A stretch of 64,000 nucleotides of DNA, taken from the IMG/VR virus record IMGVR_UViG_3300045963_000153, positions 1 to 64,000 of that record; one strand, given 5' to 3'. The stretch comes from a virus. Its lineage: Duplodnaviria; Heunggongvirae; Uroviricota; Caudoviricetes. Positions 16,764-25,893 of this stretch are shown here, one piece after another (the first letter of the stretch is position 1; each line of letters starts with the position of its first letter). The notes under the pieces were generated by a model. That model did no database searches, was not told where the DNA came from, and saw nothing but the letters and a program-made list of their open reading frames with translations. A program made the position numbers and the translations under genes.

Positions 16764-17411
16764 TTAATATCCAAACGTTGTAGCAGGGTTTTGTAAAAGT
16801 TGTGCTTTTAATGATGCTCCATCACTATCAGTAACGGTTCCTAAAAACATTGAAAAGATTTTTGTTGTTAATCCTTGATTATTTGAATTGATTGGAAAAA
16901 CCCTACCAGCAGAATTTTCGTACTGCACTGAGTTTCCATTAGCTACGATAGTGATGTTATCATCGGCGTACATAGCATCTTGTGAATTAATAGCAGATAC
17001 AATTGCAGTAACATCAGATCTATATTGTGGCATTTCTGTAACTGAGATTGCATTTGAAAGATAAGTACTGATTGCATCTTGTACTGTAGCACTATCTAAT
17101 GATCTAAGGAATGTCATACGAATTGCGGTAGTTCCAACATTTGCAATGCTAGAAGCTGCGCCATTATCAGTACGAACAAAGTTTTGTGATTGTTCTGCAT
17201 AAGTTTGAAGAACAAACAATTTAACTTTGGCAATACCCATTTTCTTTGTCGCTGTGCCAGTTGATAACAATTGAAGTGTTTTACCATTAGCTACTGCAGT
17301 TTGACCTACAGGTACACCATTGATGTTATACCCACGACTTGTATCAATATTAAGAATACTAGCTTGGACATTCAAACAGAACATTAAACCTAAAGTAATT
17401 ATTGTTTTCAT
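16764..17411 (-). CDS. secreted protein (signal peptide MKTIITLGLMFCLNVQAS)
   Basis: Cleavable signal followed by a Ser/Thr/Asn-rich beta-rich body. Confidence 0.45.
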   Translation of the reverse strand: MKTIITLGLMFCLNVQASILNIDTSRGYNINGVPVGQTAVANGKTLQLLSTGTATKKMGIAKVKLFVLQTYAEQSQNFVRTDNGAASSIANVGTTAIRMTFLRSLDSATVQDAISTYLSNAISVTEMPQYRSDVTAIVSAINSQDAMYADDNITIVANGNSVQYENSAGRVFPINSNNQGLTTKIFSMFLGTVTDSDGASLKAQLLQNPATTFGY

Positions 17412-17412
17412 A

Positions 17413-17688
17413 TTATTTCTCCTTTTTTCTTATCTCGTCATAGAAAGTAGCGTTCAAAATGTCAACAAGATATTTTTTAGCATCAAGTTTTACATATTTA
17501 ATATCCGTGAATTGTTTTATCCCCTTGGAATTAAACAAGATTCTTTTACTAGTAAAGTCTTTAATCTTATATTCTAACTGGTAAGTATCAATAACAACAA
17601 ACACAATACAAGTTTTACAAACTATAGGTTCACTGTTCTCAATATATTTAGTTTTAGTATGTTTGTATTTGATTCTTGTTGAGTTCAC
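17413..17688 (-). CDS. hypothetical protein
   Basis: 91-aa ORF. Confidence 0.3.
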   Translation of the reverse strand: MNSTRIKYKHTKTKYIENSEPIVCKTCIVFVVIDTYQLEYKIKDFTSKRILFNSKGIKQFTDIKYVKLDAKKYLVDILNATFYDEIRKKEK

Positions 17689-18073
17689 ACATTTTCCTTT
17701 TGTAATGGCGCAAATTTTTATTGCACCGATTTACATACGATTGATTAATAAATTCACAATCCATGTATTGTGTGTGTCCAAGATTGTATGCTGCCATTGT
17801 CTTATCATTACTCTTATACTTTGATTTAAGAGACTTTAAGTATTTAGCTGCCACTTCGATATTAACTCTCGTTTGCTGTAATGCAAGAGAGTCTAAGAAG
17901 TTTCCACCGTATTGTTTGGCGGTATTTAATTTTAATTGACAAATACCATATGTTGTATTTGATTGATTGTTAATATTTCTTAAGTTTGTTTCTGTTGTGC
18001 AAACACTAAGAAGTATCATTGGCGATATTCCTACTTTAATTGCAATATGCAATAATGAAGGAATATAGTTCAT
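17654..18073 (-). CDS. lytic transglycosylase (SLT domain)
   Basis: TTETNL...NQSNTTYGICQL and AAYNLG match the SLT catalytic motifs (E-S / GLMQ / AYNAG). Confidence 0.65.
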   Translation of the reverse strand: MNYIPSLLHIAIKVGISPMILLSVCTTETNLRNINNQSNTTYGICQLKLNTAKQYGGNFLDSLALQQTRVNIEVAAKYLKSLKSKYKSNDKTMAAYNLGHTQYMDCEFINQSYVNRCNKNLRHYKRKMCELNKNQIQTY

Positions 18074-18294
18074 TAATCAAAGTCACATTCTCGGATTGCG
18101 GTCATTACTTTATTAAGATCCCAGTTAGATTCCCAGCGATCAAAACAAGCCTGAAATAGATCATCAAAGTCTTCCATATCACCCCAAGTTTCTTTGTGAA
18201 GTACTTCTTTTGTATTTTTATCAAGAGTAAGTTTAATTAAAACTTTAATACCATTCTTTTCTTCTAAAACAAAATCTGTAATTGTTTCTGGCAT
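18073..18294 (-). CDS. hypothetical protein (likely start MPETITDF)
   Basis: The ORF is trimmed to the internal ATG so that it does not overlap the upstream gene. Confidence 0.3.
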   Translation of the reverse strand: MPETITDFVLEEKNGIKVLIKLTLDKNTKEVLHKETWGDMEDFDDLFQACFDRWESNWDLNKVMTAIRECDFD

Positions 18295-18295
18295 A

Positions 18296-18745
18296 TTACT
18301 CCCTAACAAATATAGAGTAAACAATAAACGCCGCACCAAGAAGAAGTGTAATGATAACCAAATAACCAAAAAAACCAATACCTGTATCTGGTTGAGAGTA
18401 TACTGGTTGTTGATATACAGGAGCTTGTGTTTGTTGTTGTCCCATTGGAGCTACAATTACTGGCTGTTGATTATTCATCATATGACCCATAAGCATTCCA
18501 GTAAGAAAACCACCATTACTACTTGGTCTTTCGTAAGTATGAATTACGGTGCTTGTGGGAACAGAAGTATAACGTGGAACTGATCTTGTAATTGGCGCAC
18601 TATAAGAACGTGAAGGAGCAGAATAAGATCTTGATCCAGAATAACTAGAACGACCTCCACCAAACCCACCACCACGAGCAAAACAAGTAATTGAAATACA
18701 TAAACTTAATAACATTATTAACATTTTCATTCGCATTTTCTCCAT
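18296..18745 (-). CDS. secreted low-complexity protein (RGG/Ser-Tyr-rich, Q-rich) with C-terminal TM anchor
   Basis: Signal MEKMRMKMLIMLLSLCISITCFA, then GGGFGGGRSSYSGSRSYSAPSRSYS repeats and a C-terminal hydrophobic helix. Confidence 0.45.
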   Translation of the reverse strand: MEKMRMKMLIMLLSLCISITCFARGGGFGGGRSSYSGSRSYSAPSRSYSAPITRSVPRYTSVPTSTVIHTYERPSSNGGFLTGMLMGHMMNNQQPVIVAPMGQQQTQAPVYQQPVYSQPDTGIGFFGYLVIITLLLGAAFIVYSIFVRE

Positions 18746-18879
18746 TTTTTAATATTACATACAGTACAAACTTTAGTTTGCACTAAAGTATAATATGGTA
18801 TTCCATCTTCACTAACAAACTTAAACATGTATGGATCACACCATTTTGTATATCTGTGAAATAACCAACACATAATTTC

Positions 18880-19195
18880 TCCTATAAAAATTTGCATGGA
18901 ATCCGGTCAGTTCTCGTCAAGGGCCAATCTCTCGTTGTCTTTACCATGACCATGCTCCGCTATTGCGGAAAATTAATGAGAGTGCTAGTCGCTACTCTAG
19001 CTATTCGTGGGCGGTACGACTTAACCACGTTCCCCTGATTTCATCTTTCGATGTCTAGCGAGGATGACTAGATTTTGTGTCGTCTTTTTGCGTGTCTCCA
19101 GTGGTAACTTTCGTGGGTTCAAAGCCCATTACTCAATCACAGCGATACTTTGGCTATTTCTTCCCAAGCTTTCCACGCCGACTCTCAAATTTTAA
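18880..19195. other. GC-rich ORF-free island (about 48% GC): candidate structured ncRNA
   Basis: A 450-nt intergenic gap. Stable hairpins CCGC-TATT-GCGG and GCTAG-tcgcta-CTAGC. A T-arm-like GTGGG-TTCAAAG-CCCAT lies on the plus strand. The only ORF is a weak 64-aa one. Confidence 0.3.
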
Positions 19196-20017
19196 TTACT
19201 TCGATAAATTAATAAACGGAACAGATCCACCGTTAGTCATCATTGAAGGAAGCACACCATTCCACTTTTGAATAGCTTCGTATTGTAAAAGTTGTGGAGT
19301 AATTGATGCCATTTTTTGACGATTAGCTTCAGCTTCTCCCCTTGCAATTGCAATAGCTTTCTCTGCTTGCGCTTTAGCTTGTGCTACTTCGTTTTGAACT
19401 TTCATTGCATCTTGAGTTGCAGTGATTTTAGAATTAAGTGCTGCTACTACAGTCTCAGGAAGACGCATAGACCCAACAAGATAAAGTTTATCAATAATGA
19501 TACCAATATCTTTAGTTTGAGCTGCTACATCATTCTGTGCTGCTAGAAGAAGATCAGACTTTTTTGGTCCATAAACATCTTCAACACTCATGGTAGATGA
19601 AGCTTTGTTTAAAGAATCTCGTACCATGTTGCGAATAAACACATGGGTAATTTCATCAATTCCTTTGCGGTATTTTTGAAAGATTGTAGATACTTTAGTT
19701 GGATCAATTTCATAACTGATACCAATATCGGTATTGATTGATAATCCTTCTTTAGTTTGGAATGTAAACGATTCGTCTTCATTACGACCTTCTGTTGCAG
19801 ATTTAGTCCAGACGTAATTTTGCATAGAAGTTGGGAAAGTAAATAATTGTTCGTTCATACCAATCCAATAACGACCTACTGGAAGTACTTCATGATCAAC
19901 ACCTTTAGATCCACCAAGCATGTAAACTTTTACTCCCACAAAACCTGCAGGTACTTGGCTACATGCAGACAATCCTAACATCATAACTAAAGACAACAAC
20001 ATTAACATTTGTTTCAT
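19196..20017 (-). CDS. SPFH/band-7 (prohibitin/HflC-like) lipoprotein
   Basis: LSAC lipobox. An SPFH core, then the Ala/Gln/Glu-rich coiled coil VQNEVAQAKAQAEKAIAIARGEAEA typical of HflK/C-stomatin proteins. Confidence 0.65.
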   Translation of the reverse strand: MKQMLMLLSLVMMLGLSACSQVPAGFVGVKVYMLGGSKGVDHEVLPVGRYWIGMNEQLFTFPTSMQNYVWTKSATEGRNEDESFTFQTKEGLSINTDIGISYEIDPTKVSTIFQKYRKGIDEITHVFIRNMVRDSLNKASSTMSVEDVYGPKKSDLLLAAQNDVAAQTKDIGIIIDKLYLVGSMRLPETVVAALNSKITATQDAMKVQNEVAQAKAQAEKAIAIARGEAEANRQKMASITPQLLQYEAIQKWNGVLPSMMTNGGSVPFINLSK

Positions 20018-20250
20018 TTCTTTTTATCTCCTTTGATAAATTCAATTGCATTAGGTAAAAAATAAATACAGATTGCTGTAAGTAAAATGCCTAATGCTAC
20101 ACCAGTATCTGAAGCTGTACTAATTAAAAATGGTAATACAATTCCCAACAACAAGATTGCAACAAACATTACACCAACAATTCTTCTATACATATCTTTC
20201 CCCTTTAGATTTGTGACAGTAACAGCATATTTCATGCGAACAACAGTCAC
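20014..20250 (-). CDS. small membrane protein (2 TM)
   Basis: Hydrophobic 78-aa ORF. Confidence 0.35.
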   Translation of the reverse strand: MTVVRMKYAVTVTNLKGKDMYRRIVGVMFVAILLLGIVLPFLISTASDTGVALGILLTAICIYFLPNAIEFIKGDKKK

Positions 20251-20267
20251 AAGAATTATTTACTTTT

Positions 20268-20606
20268 TTAAAGATTATGTTTTTTAGCACAAACATAACA
20301 AACCCTTATACTTTCTGCACTGCGTAAAGTGTGCTGATTAACTACCCATTCTTCCATTTGTTTAAATCTTTTTTGCGCTTCATCAAAGTATCTGTAATTT
20401 CTTGCGTTATGCTTTTCATAACCATCAATAAGGATATTTAATCTTTCTACTTCTTTTTCTAATTCTTGAGTCTTTTTAAAATAATGATCTGCCCAACGTT
20501 CTTCACTTTGAGTTTCTAATTCTGATTCTAAAGTATGAATTTTACATTTCGGATGATAACCATATTTTTTAATGGCTTCTATTTCTCCACAAATACATTC
20601 ACTCAT
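20268..20606 (-). CDS. Cys-containing coiled-coil protein
   Basis: CxC...C at the N-terminus and CYVC at the C-terminus. Confidence 0.3.
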   Translation of the reverse strand: MSECICGEIEAIKKYGYHPKCKIHTLESELETQSEERWADHYFKKTQELEKEVERLNILIDGYEKHNARNYRYFDEAQKRFKQMEEWVVNQHTLRSAESIRVCYVCAKKHNL

Positions 20607-20785
20607 TTACGTTCTCTCCTATCATCTTCAATCAATTTAAAAATTCTATCTGTAGAATCTTTATTTAAAAGAATAATTGAATTGTAGTTAACAAAATCAA
20701 GAGATATTCCACCATCAGCAAGCATATATGCCTCACCAATTGGTCTGTCTTTATAATCAAATAGCGGTTCTTCTCTTTGACTCAT
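20603..20785 (-). CDS. hypothetical protein
   Basis: 60-aa ORF. Confidence 0.25.
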   Translation of the reverse strand: MSQREEPLFDYKDRPIGEAYMLADGGISLDFVNYNSIILLNKDSTDRIFKLIEDDRRERK

Positions 20786-20964
20786 TTAAACTTCCTTGCC
20801 CATTGATTAAACTCATCGATTGTAATTTTATATCCACAATAAAACATAATTCCAGAGTGTAGATTTTTAGGGAATTTATAATCATATTCAAAACATGCTA
20901 ATTTAATTGCTTCTTGTTTACTCATTCTCACCTTCTTTGAGTGCTTGTCTTGCAATTTCGCCAT
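20782..20964 (-). CDS. hypothetical protein
   Basis: 60-aa ORF. Confidence 0.25.
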   Translation of the reverse strand: MAKLQDKHSKKVRMSKQEAIKLACFEYDYKFPKNLHSGIMFYCGYKITIDEFNQWARKFK

Positions 20965-21313
20965 TTTCTAAATTAAATTTATCGTCTGAATCACAAACCC
21001 AGTTTGCAGGTTCTCCACTTGGATTTTCAAGATCATTTTTTAAGTCTTGAATGTGGCTACTGCTTGAATAAAACTCCAACGCCGCCCTGTATTTCTGATT
21101 CTCAGCTTTGAGAGATTGGATTTCATTTCTAAAATGCTCATTAAAAATATACATTTCTGCTATCTCATCTTTTGTCGGTCTCTCAGCTTCCAACTTCTCA
21201 TAAGCCTCGATAAGTGCGAGAATGTTTTTAGCGTCATAATCAGCAAACGTATCGTCAAAATCTTCAATGACTTTCTTGCTGTATTCCTTAATTTTAGTTA
21301 TTAGCTTAGTCAT
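20918..21313 (-). CDS. hypothetical coiled-coil protein
   Basis: 131-aa ORF. Confidence 0.3.
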   Translation of the reverse strand: MTKLITKIKEYSKKVIEDFDDTFADYDAKNILALIEAYEKLEAERPTKDEIAEMYIFNEHFRNEIQSLKAENQKYRAALEFYSSSSHIQDLKNDLENPSGEPANWVCDSDDKFNLENGEIARQALKEGENE

Positions 21314-21606
21314 CCCTTACCCCTCTTCTTCATTTCGGTTTCGATCCAATCGGCAAGCACTTCACCTGTTTGACCAAATAATCCATGAATAGTTTTATGG
21401 CAATGTCTTACTGCTTTGGCTTCATCACTCCTCAACAAATCCAATATCTCCTGCACCGTAATACTGTGGACAAAGGATGCGCCTTTTTTAAAGCCTTTAG
21501 ATTGTTCTGACATAAATTCACCGTTTCCAGCCCAGAATAATTTTCTTGCTTCTTCTTCAACCCTCTCCTCAAACGACTGTGGTTTTGGTTCACTCATCAC
21601 TTCCAC
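21310..21606 (-). CDS. hypothetical protein, paralog of 21590-21832
   Basis: Shares W..G..E......IT/VQEILDLLRSDEAK with EVIRMLRSEEFQ in the adjacent ORF. Confidence 0.35.
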   Translation of the reverse strand: MEVMSEPKPQSFEERVEEEARKLFWAGNGEFMSEQSKGFKKGASFVHSITVQEILDLLRSDEAKAVRHCHKTIHGLFGQTGEVLADWIETEMKKRGKG

Positions 21607-21832
21607 CCTTCACTTGCTGCTCAATCAACTCAGCATAATGCTCTCCCATGTAAGAACCAGTTTGAAACTCTTCACTTCTAAGCATCCTAATCACCTCATC
21701 AACTGCCCAATGCGATCCTGCTTGAAAGCCTTCAGCGTGTGACCTGTATATTGTTCTAATCCTACTTATTCGTTGATATGTTTGAGATTGCTTATCAGCT
21801 TCCTCACTCAGCTTGGTTTTGAATGAACTCAT
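21590..21832 (-). CDS. hypothetical protein, paralog of 21310-21606
   Basis: See above. Confidence 0.35.
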   Translation of the reverse strand: MSSFKTKLSEEADKQSQTYQRISRIRTIYRSHAEGFQAGSHWAVDEVIRMLRSEEFQTGSYMGEHYAELIEQQVKGGSDE

Positions 21833-22053
21833 TTTAGTCGCTCCAATATTTTATCAAACCAGTTCTTCTTACGAAGCTTAGTAAAGTATTTTTGACAAAT
21901 CCAGCAAGGTTGTAAAATTCCTAAGTGTGTATCTTGAACTGCTGAATTTTCTTTGCAAATAGCGCATAGGTAATTGTGTTCCATACACATGAAACCGATA
22001 CTATAAACAAACTCTGATTTTTCTATGTTGGTTCCAAATGGTACTTGTTTCAT
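21829..22053 (-). CDS. Cys-rich zinc-ribbon-like protein
   Basis: C..C...C.IC..........C.IC pattern. Confidence 0.3.
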   Translation of the reverse strand: MKQVPFGTNIEKSEFVYSIGFMCMEHNYLCAICKENSAVQDTHLGILQPCWICQKYFTKLRKKNWFDKILERLK

Positions 22054-22283
22054 GCTAAAATATCCTTGAAGTTTTCCATGAATACCTTTTGAAAATCTTC
22101 TGGCATGTCTTGCATATTTCTTTTTAAATGTTTAGCTTTATTATTAACTAACTCTGCACGAATATCTTCGTTTAATATTTGCAATCGTGCTTCAATAAAT
22201 CTAAATAAAGAATCGGGAAGTTCCCATTCTGTTGCTCTTGATGGACAACCACTTTCTGTTTTTAAACTTGTTGTAAATTTCAT
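22050..22283 (-). CDS. hypothetical protein
   Basis: 77-aa ORF. Confidence 0.3.
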   Translation of the reverse strand: MKFTTSLKTESGCPSRATEWELPDSLFRFIEARLQILNEDIRAELVNNKAKHLKRNMQDMPEDFQKVFMENFKDILA

Positions 22284-22390
22284 TTAAACCTTCTGTACAA
22301 TAACCAATTTATTACTGGGATTGAAATAATAGCTACAATTATTCCTCCGGTAATGCCACCAAGTGTAATTAATAATATATCTTTCATCAT
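22280..22390 (-). CDS. small single-pass membrane peptide (MMKDILLITLGGITGGIIVAIISIPVINWLLYRRFK)
   Basis: The track ORF 22280-22471 has no ATG at its 5' end (TTG only). The first ATG is at 22390. Upstream, 22391-22559 is a GC-richer structured leader with a 6-bp hairpin CTTACC/GGTAAG. Confidence 0.3.
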   Translation of the reverse strand: MMKDILLITLGGITGGIIVAIISIPVINWLLYRRFK

Positions 22391-22559
22391 AAAAATTTGG
22401 CCGATTCGTGGTGTCGCCACAAATGTCACAGTCATCGGCTCACTGACCGCTCGGATTAGTTCGGTTTGCAATTACCGAGTTTTGCAAATACGCTTACCTT
22501 TAGCTCAGGCGGTAAGACCTGTTTGTACAATCCCGATCCCTCTACCAGTATAAATCAAT

Positions 22560-23189
22560 TCAATTTACATTGTCAATAAATTTAAATGCATTAAGTGTAG
22601 GATGGTCTATGTCATAATAAGAACTCATCACTTCACCCATCTTAACTTTTTGTTTAAACTCTAATGCCAACTTAGGATTACCCATAAATGCTAAAGCTTG
22701 CCTTTGTAGCCATTGTAATTGAGTACCACTAGAATCACCAATGCTTACTGTTTGAAACCGTAGCATTGGATATAAAGCAGTTCTACACAGAAACCTAACC
22801 ACTTTGTTTGGGAAAGCTGCTGCCAACATAATAATCCAAACAATAGGAAATCTTAACAATTGACTTTTGAAGAAGTCTCCCTTTTCAAAACTATTTTGCA
22901 TGAATCCTACTTTCTTAATAAGATTCCACAAAATAACTCTAGCCCATCTTGGATTGTAGCACATACAATATACAGCAACCCCAAGGTAATTATCGTGTGA
23001 TTCTTGACCAAACGAATTGTATGGAGTACGCATAAGAACACCACGTTCAGCATTCCAAAGTGATGTCAAAGGAATATAATCACCAGTTAATAATGTATAG
23101 ATAATACTAAACAAAGCACCATTACCAGAATCTACACCAGCCAGCCTTGTTTTAATTAGTCCGTTCTTATCTTTCCACTGTTCGTTCAT
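22560..23189 (-). CDS. hypothetical protein
   Basis: 209-aa ORF with hydrophobic central segments. Confidence 0.35.
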   Translation of the reverse strand: MNEQWKDKNGLIKTRLAGVDSGNGALFSIIYTLLTGDYIPLTSLWNAERGVLMRTPYNSFGQESHDNYLGVAVYCMCYNPRWARVILWNLIKKVGFMQNSFEKGDFFKSQLLRFPIVWIIMLAAAFPNKVVRFLCRTALYPMLRFQTVSIGDSSGTQLQWLQRQALAFMGNPKLALEFKQKVKMGEVMSSYYDIDHPTLNAFKFIDNVN

Positions 23190-23343
23190 TGTAATGGTAA
23201 CCTTTCATACTCTGGATTAAACATAGCATTCATACGCTTAAAGTCTTCATGACCTTTAGCTGTCATGCTATACTTACCATCTCTATCTAATTCAAGATGA
23301 CCACTATCTACCATGCTGTCTAACAAAGTTTGCAATTCTTCAT

Positions 23344-23562
23344 TCATACTTTACTTCCTTCTTTATCTCTAATTTTAAGATATTGTTCGTATTCAATATC
23401 CATCCATTCATGAACATCCAATTCTAATCCACAATAACCACAAGCAATCATGTCTTGTTTACTTGGATTTTCTTTCCAAGTAACAACAAGTTTGCCTCCT
23501 CTATGCTTTACACAATGAACACATGGACATCTTTGTTTACCACCACATTTAGGACAATTCAT
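23344..23562 (-). CDS. zinc-ribbon protein
   Basis: CPKCGG..RCPCVHC and CGYCG. Confidence 0.35.
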   Translation of the reverse strand: MNCPKCGGKQRCPCVHCVKHRGGKLVVTWKENPSKQDMIACGYCGLELDVHEWMDIEYEQYLKIRDKEGSKV

Positions 23563-23870
23563 TTAAATCCCATCATCTTACAGGCATCATATAAATTTAA
23601 AGTATGATAACCAGAACCTTTCGTAAATTTTCTCCAAATTGCTTCAAACTCTGCTTTATTTAAAATCCTATCTCCTTCACACATCTCTATTGCCATATAT
23701 GAATTAACTCCCAAATCCTTATAATTAATACATCCAAGTTTTGGATCATATATTCCACCCATAGTTCCAGTTTTAATTATAACTTCTCTACGATTAACGG
23801 TTGCTTTTATTTCTGAATCTACTTTTTTATAAGTAATGCCATTGATTATTAATAAATCAGAATCATTCAT
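23559..23870 (-). CDS. hypothetical protein
   Basis: 103-aa ORF. Confidence 0.3.
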   Translation of the reverse strand: MNDSDLLIINGITYKKVDSEIKATVNRREVIIKTGTMGGIYDPKLGCINYKDLGVNSYMAIEMCEGDRILNKAEFEAIWRKFTKGSGYHTLNLYDACKMMGFK

Positions 23871-24014
23871 TTTAATATCCTTTCAAATTTATCATGATAT
23901 TCCCATAACCTTTTTAAATGAACTTTATCTTCATCATCTAAAAGACCAAACGGTTCAGATTCGTATACTAATATTCCAAACCTAATTAATTTTAATCCTA
24001 TGTATGCTTTAATC

Positions 24015-24464
24015 TTATTCATAATTCTTCTCCTGTATATTCTTAATCTCTCTATTGAGATACCAAATCGCTTTTTCTATGTCTTGAATGGTTTTGGTAG
24101 GATCTTTCTTTCCTGCTCTTAAAACGTATTTTATGCAGTTACCAAGATTAAACCCAAGCTTGTATGCTTCAATCACTTCGATCACTTCAAACTTATCGTT
24201 TTGATAATGATCGGGATTATTAACTTGTTCTTTTACTTTTTTTAATAATTTTGTATTTTGTTTTTCAATACTCTCAAATAATTGAAAACGATTTTCTAAA
24301 TAGTAATCAAAAACATCATCACCAATATAAATAAAATATTCGCCAGTTTCTTTAGATGTAGTTATTGCACGAACAGTATAAATATCTTTAGTATTTAAAT
24401 TTCCAGAAAAATCTGGATCAATACAAATAACGTTATCACCAATTTTAAATTTACTCTTGCTCAT
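24015..24464 (-). CDS. DUF3310-like phage protein
   Basis: C-terminal NPDHYQ..FEVIEVIEAYKLGFNLGNCIKYVLRAGKK...QDIEKAIWYLNREI matches the DUF3310 signature. Confidence 0.45.
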   Translation of the reverse strand: MSKSKFKIGDNVICIDPDFSGNLNTKDIYTVRAITTSKETGEYFIYIGDDVFDYYLENRFQLFESIEKQNTKLLKKVKEQVNNPDHYQNDKFEVIEVIEAYKLGFNLGNCIKYVLRAGKKDPTKTIQDIEKAIWYLNREIKNIQEKNYE

Positions 24465-24672
24465 ACCATTCTCTCCAATTCTTAATGTCTTGTTGTTTCA
24501 CTGTAATCACATCACCAGCTAATATCTTATGACTAGTAGCACCTACCCAATAACCTTGAATAAGAAATTTATCATCAAGTTTAGTAATATGCATTGGTCT
24601 AAAAGCTACATCTATGCAATCTTTATGCTTGTATAGATTATAAGGCTTGAAAGTATTTTCTAACGTACTCAT
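24451..24672 (-). CDS. hypothetical protein
   Basis: 73-aa ORF. Confidence 0.3.
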   Translation of the reverse strand: MSTLENTFKPYNLYKHKDCIDVAFRPMHITKLDDKFLIQGYWVGATSHKILAGDVITVKQQDIKNWREWYEQE

Positions 24673-24877
24673 CTAGTATTCTCTCCTCTATCAATTCTAA
24701 CAATGCATCTGCAAATGTGTCAACTGGTAAACCTTTATAGTCTATTACTCTATCTAATTCATAAGATACTAAAGTATAAGTTACATTTCTAAACTCTCTA
24801 TCAACAGATTCCTGTATATTAACATTACTAATAACTACACAGTAATTACATTTATTATATTCTACATAAAATTTCAT
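24638..24877 (-). CDS. hypothetical protein
   Basis: 79-aa ORF. Confidence 0.3.
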   Translation of the reverse strand: MKFYVEYNKCNYCVVISNVNIQESVDREFRNVTYTLVSYELDRVIDYKGLPVDTFADALLELIEERILDEYVRKYFQAL

Positions 24878-24879
24878 AT

Positions 24880-25231
24880 ATTCTCTTTCATGACATGGAC
24901 AGCGAAGCTGTCTAAGACATTCTATGTGTATGCCGTTCGTTCCGCTTATGCTCCACTGGCATACACGTTTAGCATACTAGGGGATTTGTGTTGCTGAATG
25001 TTTATTAGTTATTCTCCGCAATCGAGCGGAGAAAGGCTAACTTATCCTCCGCATGCTGAGATGTTATGTTGCATAACCGCAACATGCCTCTCGCTTGTCG
25101 CTTCGGCATTGGGGATATTAGTAAGAAGTTAAACATTAGCTTCTAGTCGAAGTTTAGTTACTCACTGGCGTTCGTTCTGTTTTTGTTGATATACTATCAA
25201 TAGCATAAAAAAGTTAATTTGTAAATAGTTT
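24880..25231. other. GC-rich ORF-free island: candidate structured ncRNA or leader
   Basis: About 350 nt with nested perfect hairpins: GACAGC-GAA-GCTGTC, GTGTATGCC...GGCATACAC, CTCCGC-AATCGA-GCGGAG, ATGTTGC-ATAACC-GCAACAT, and a GC-TTCG-GC tetraloop. Confidence 0.3.
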
Positions 25232-25438
25232 TTATTTTCTATTAGATTCAATATGTTGTCTTTTAAATTTACGTTTTTTCTTATATTTGTTTAACTTATA
25301 TCTAGCTAATTCTTCTTGTGTTAATGGATCTGGTTGTTTTATTAGTGAACTATCAATATTTTTAACTTTAGATGTATACACTAATCCGTTTAATAGATTA
25401 TTTTTATATTGCCATTTACCATTCAGTACTTTACTCAT
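25232..25438 (-). CDS. hypothetical basic protein
   Basis: 68-aa ORF. Confidence 0.3.
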   Translation of the reverse strand: MSKVLNGKWQYKNNLLNGLVYTSKVKNIDSSLIKQPDPLTQEELARYKLNKYKKKRKFKRQHIESNRK

Positions 25439-25499
25439 TATGTTCTCCTAATGTACATGTTTATTGAATGTGTTACAAATATTGCATTATTGTAACATA

Positions 25500-25742
25500 T
25501 TATTTAAGTGGAATGATTTGCTGTTCTGAGTATAGGAACTTCTTATTGTCACCAAATGTTGCTGTATCTGTTTGGCGTTCTGACATCTCTCGAATTGCTC
25601 GTAGAGTTTCTTCTTTTGGTATTCTAAATTGCCATACACCGTTAGCTATGGCTTCGGTAATGGTCTGAGGTTCTGGTGAAGCATATGTAGTACTTAGCCA
25701 TCCAAACTTGTCTTTAAATTTTAGTAAAGTGATGTTTCGCAT
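25500..25742 (-). CDS. hypothetical protein
   Basis: 80-aa ORF. Has the TCGATGGGGGGTC motif 25-40 nt upstream of its start. Confidence 0.35.
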   Translation of the reverse strand: MRNITLLKFKDKFGWLSTTYASPEPQTITEAIANGVWQFRIPKEETLRAIREMSERQTDTATFGDNKKFLYSEQQIIPLK

Positions 25743-25893
25743 TTTTAAAATTTCGTGGTTCGACTAAAGCCCCAATTTTTAAAAGAGACCCCCCATCGAA
25801 TATCCTATTCCTTATGCTAATATTATAATTAAGTAATTGAATTGTCAACTAAATTAGTTGATAAAGAAGATATAATTGTGCATTATAGGTTTA

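Noticed and set aside
18880-19195. Group I intron (P-like ATTGCGGAAAA, GACTAGA) or tmRNA
   Set aside because: No flanking split gene. The P/Q/R/S elements are not in a consistent order on either strand. There is no tmRNA 5' GGGG...3' CCA framework.
19077-19271. 64-aa plus-strand ORF inside GC-rich island X
   Set aside because: Opposite to the local transcription direction, no RBS, and it lies within a probable structured RNA. Likely spurious.
22455-22485. tRNA-Cys-like anticodon arm (TCGGT-TTGCAATT-ACCGA) on the plus strand
   Set aside because: The loop is 8 nt, and no D-arm, T-arm or acceptor stem could be built around it. It overlaps the 5' end of a minus-strand ORF or leader.
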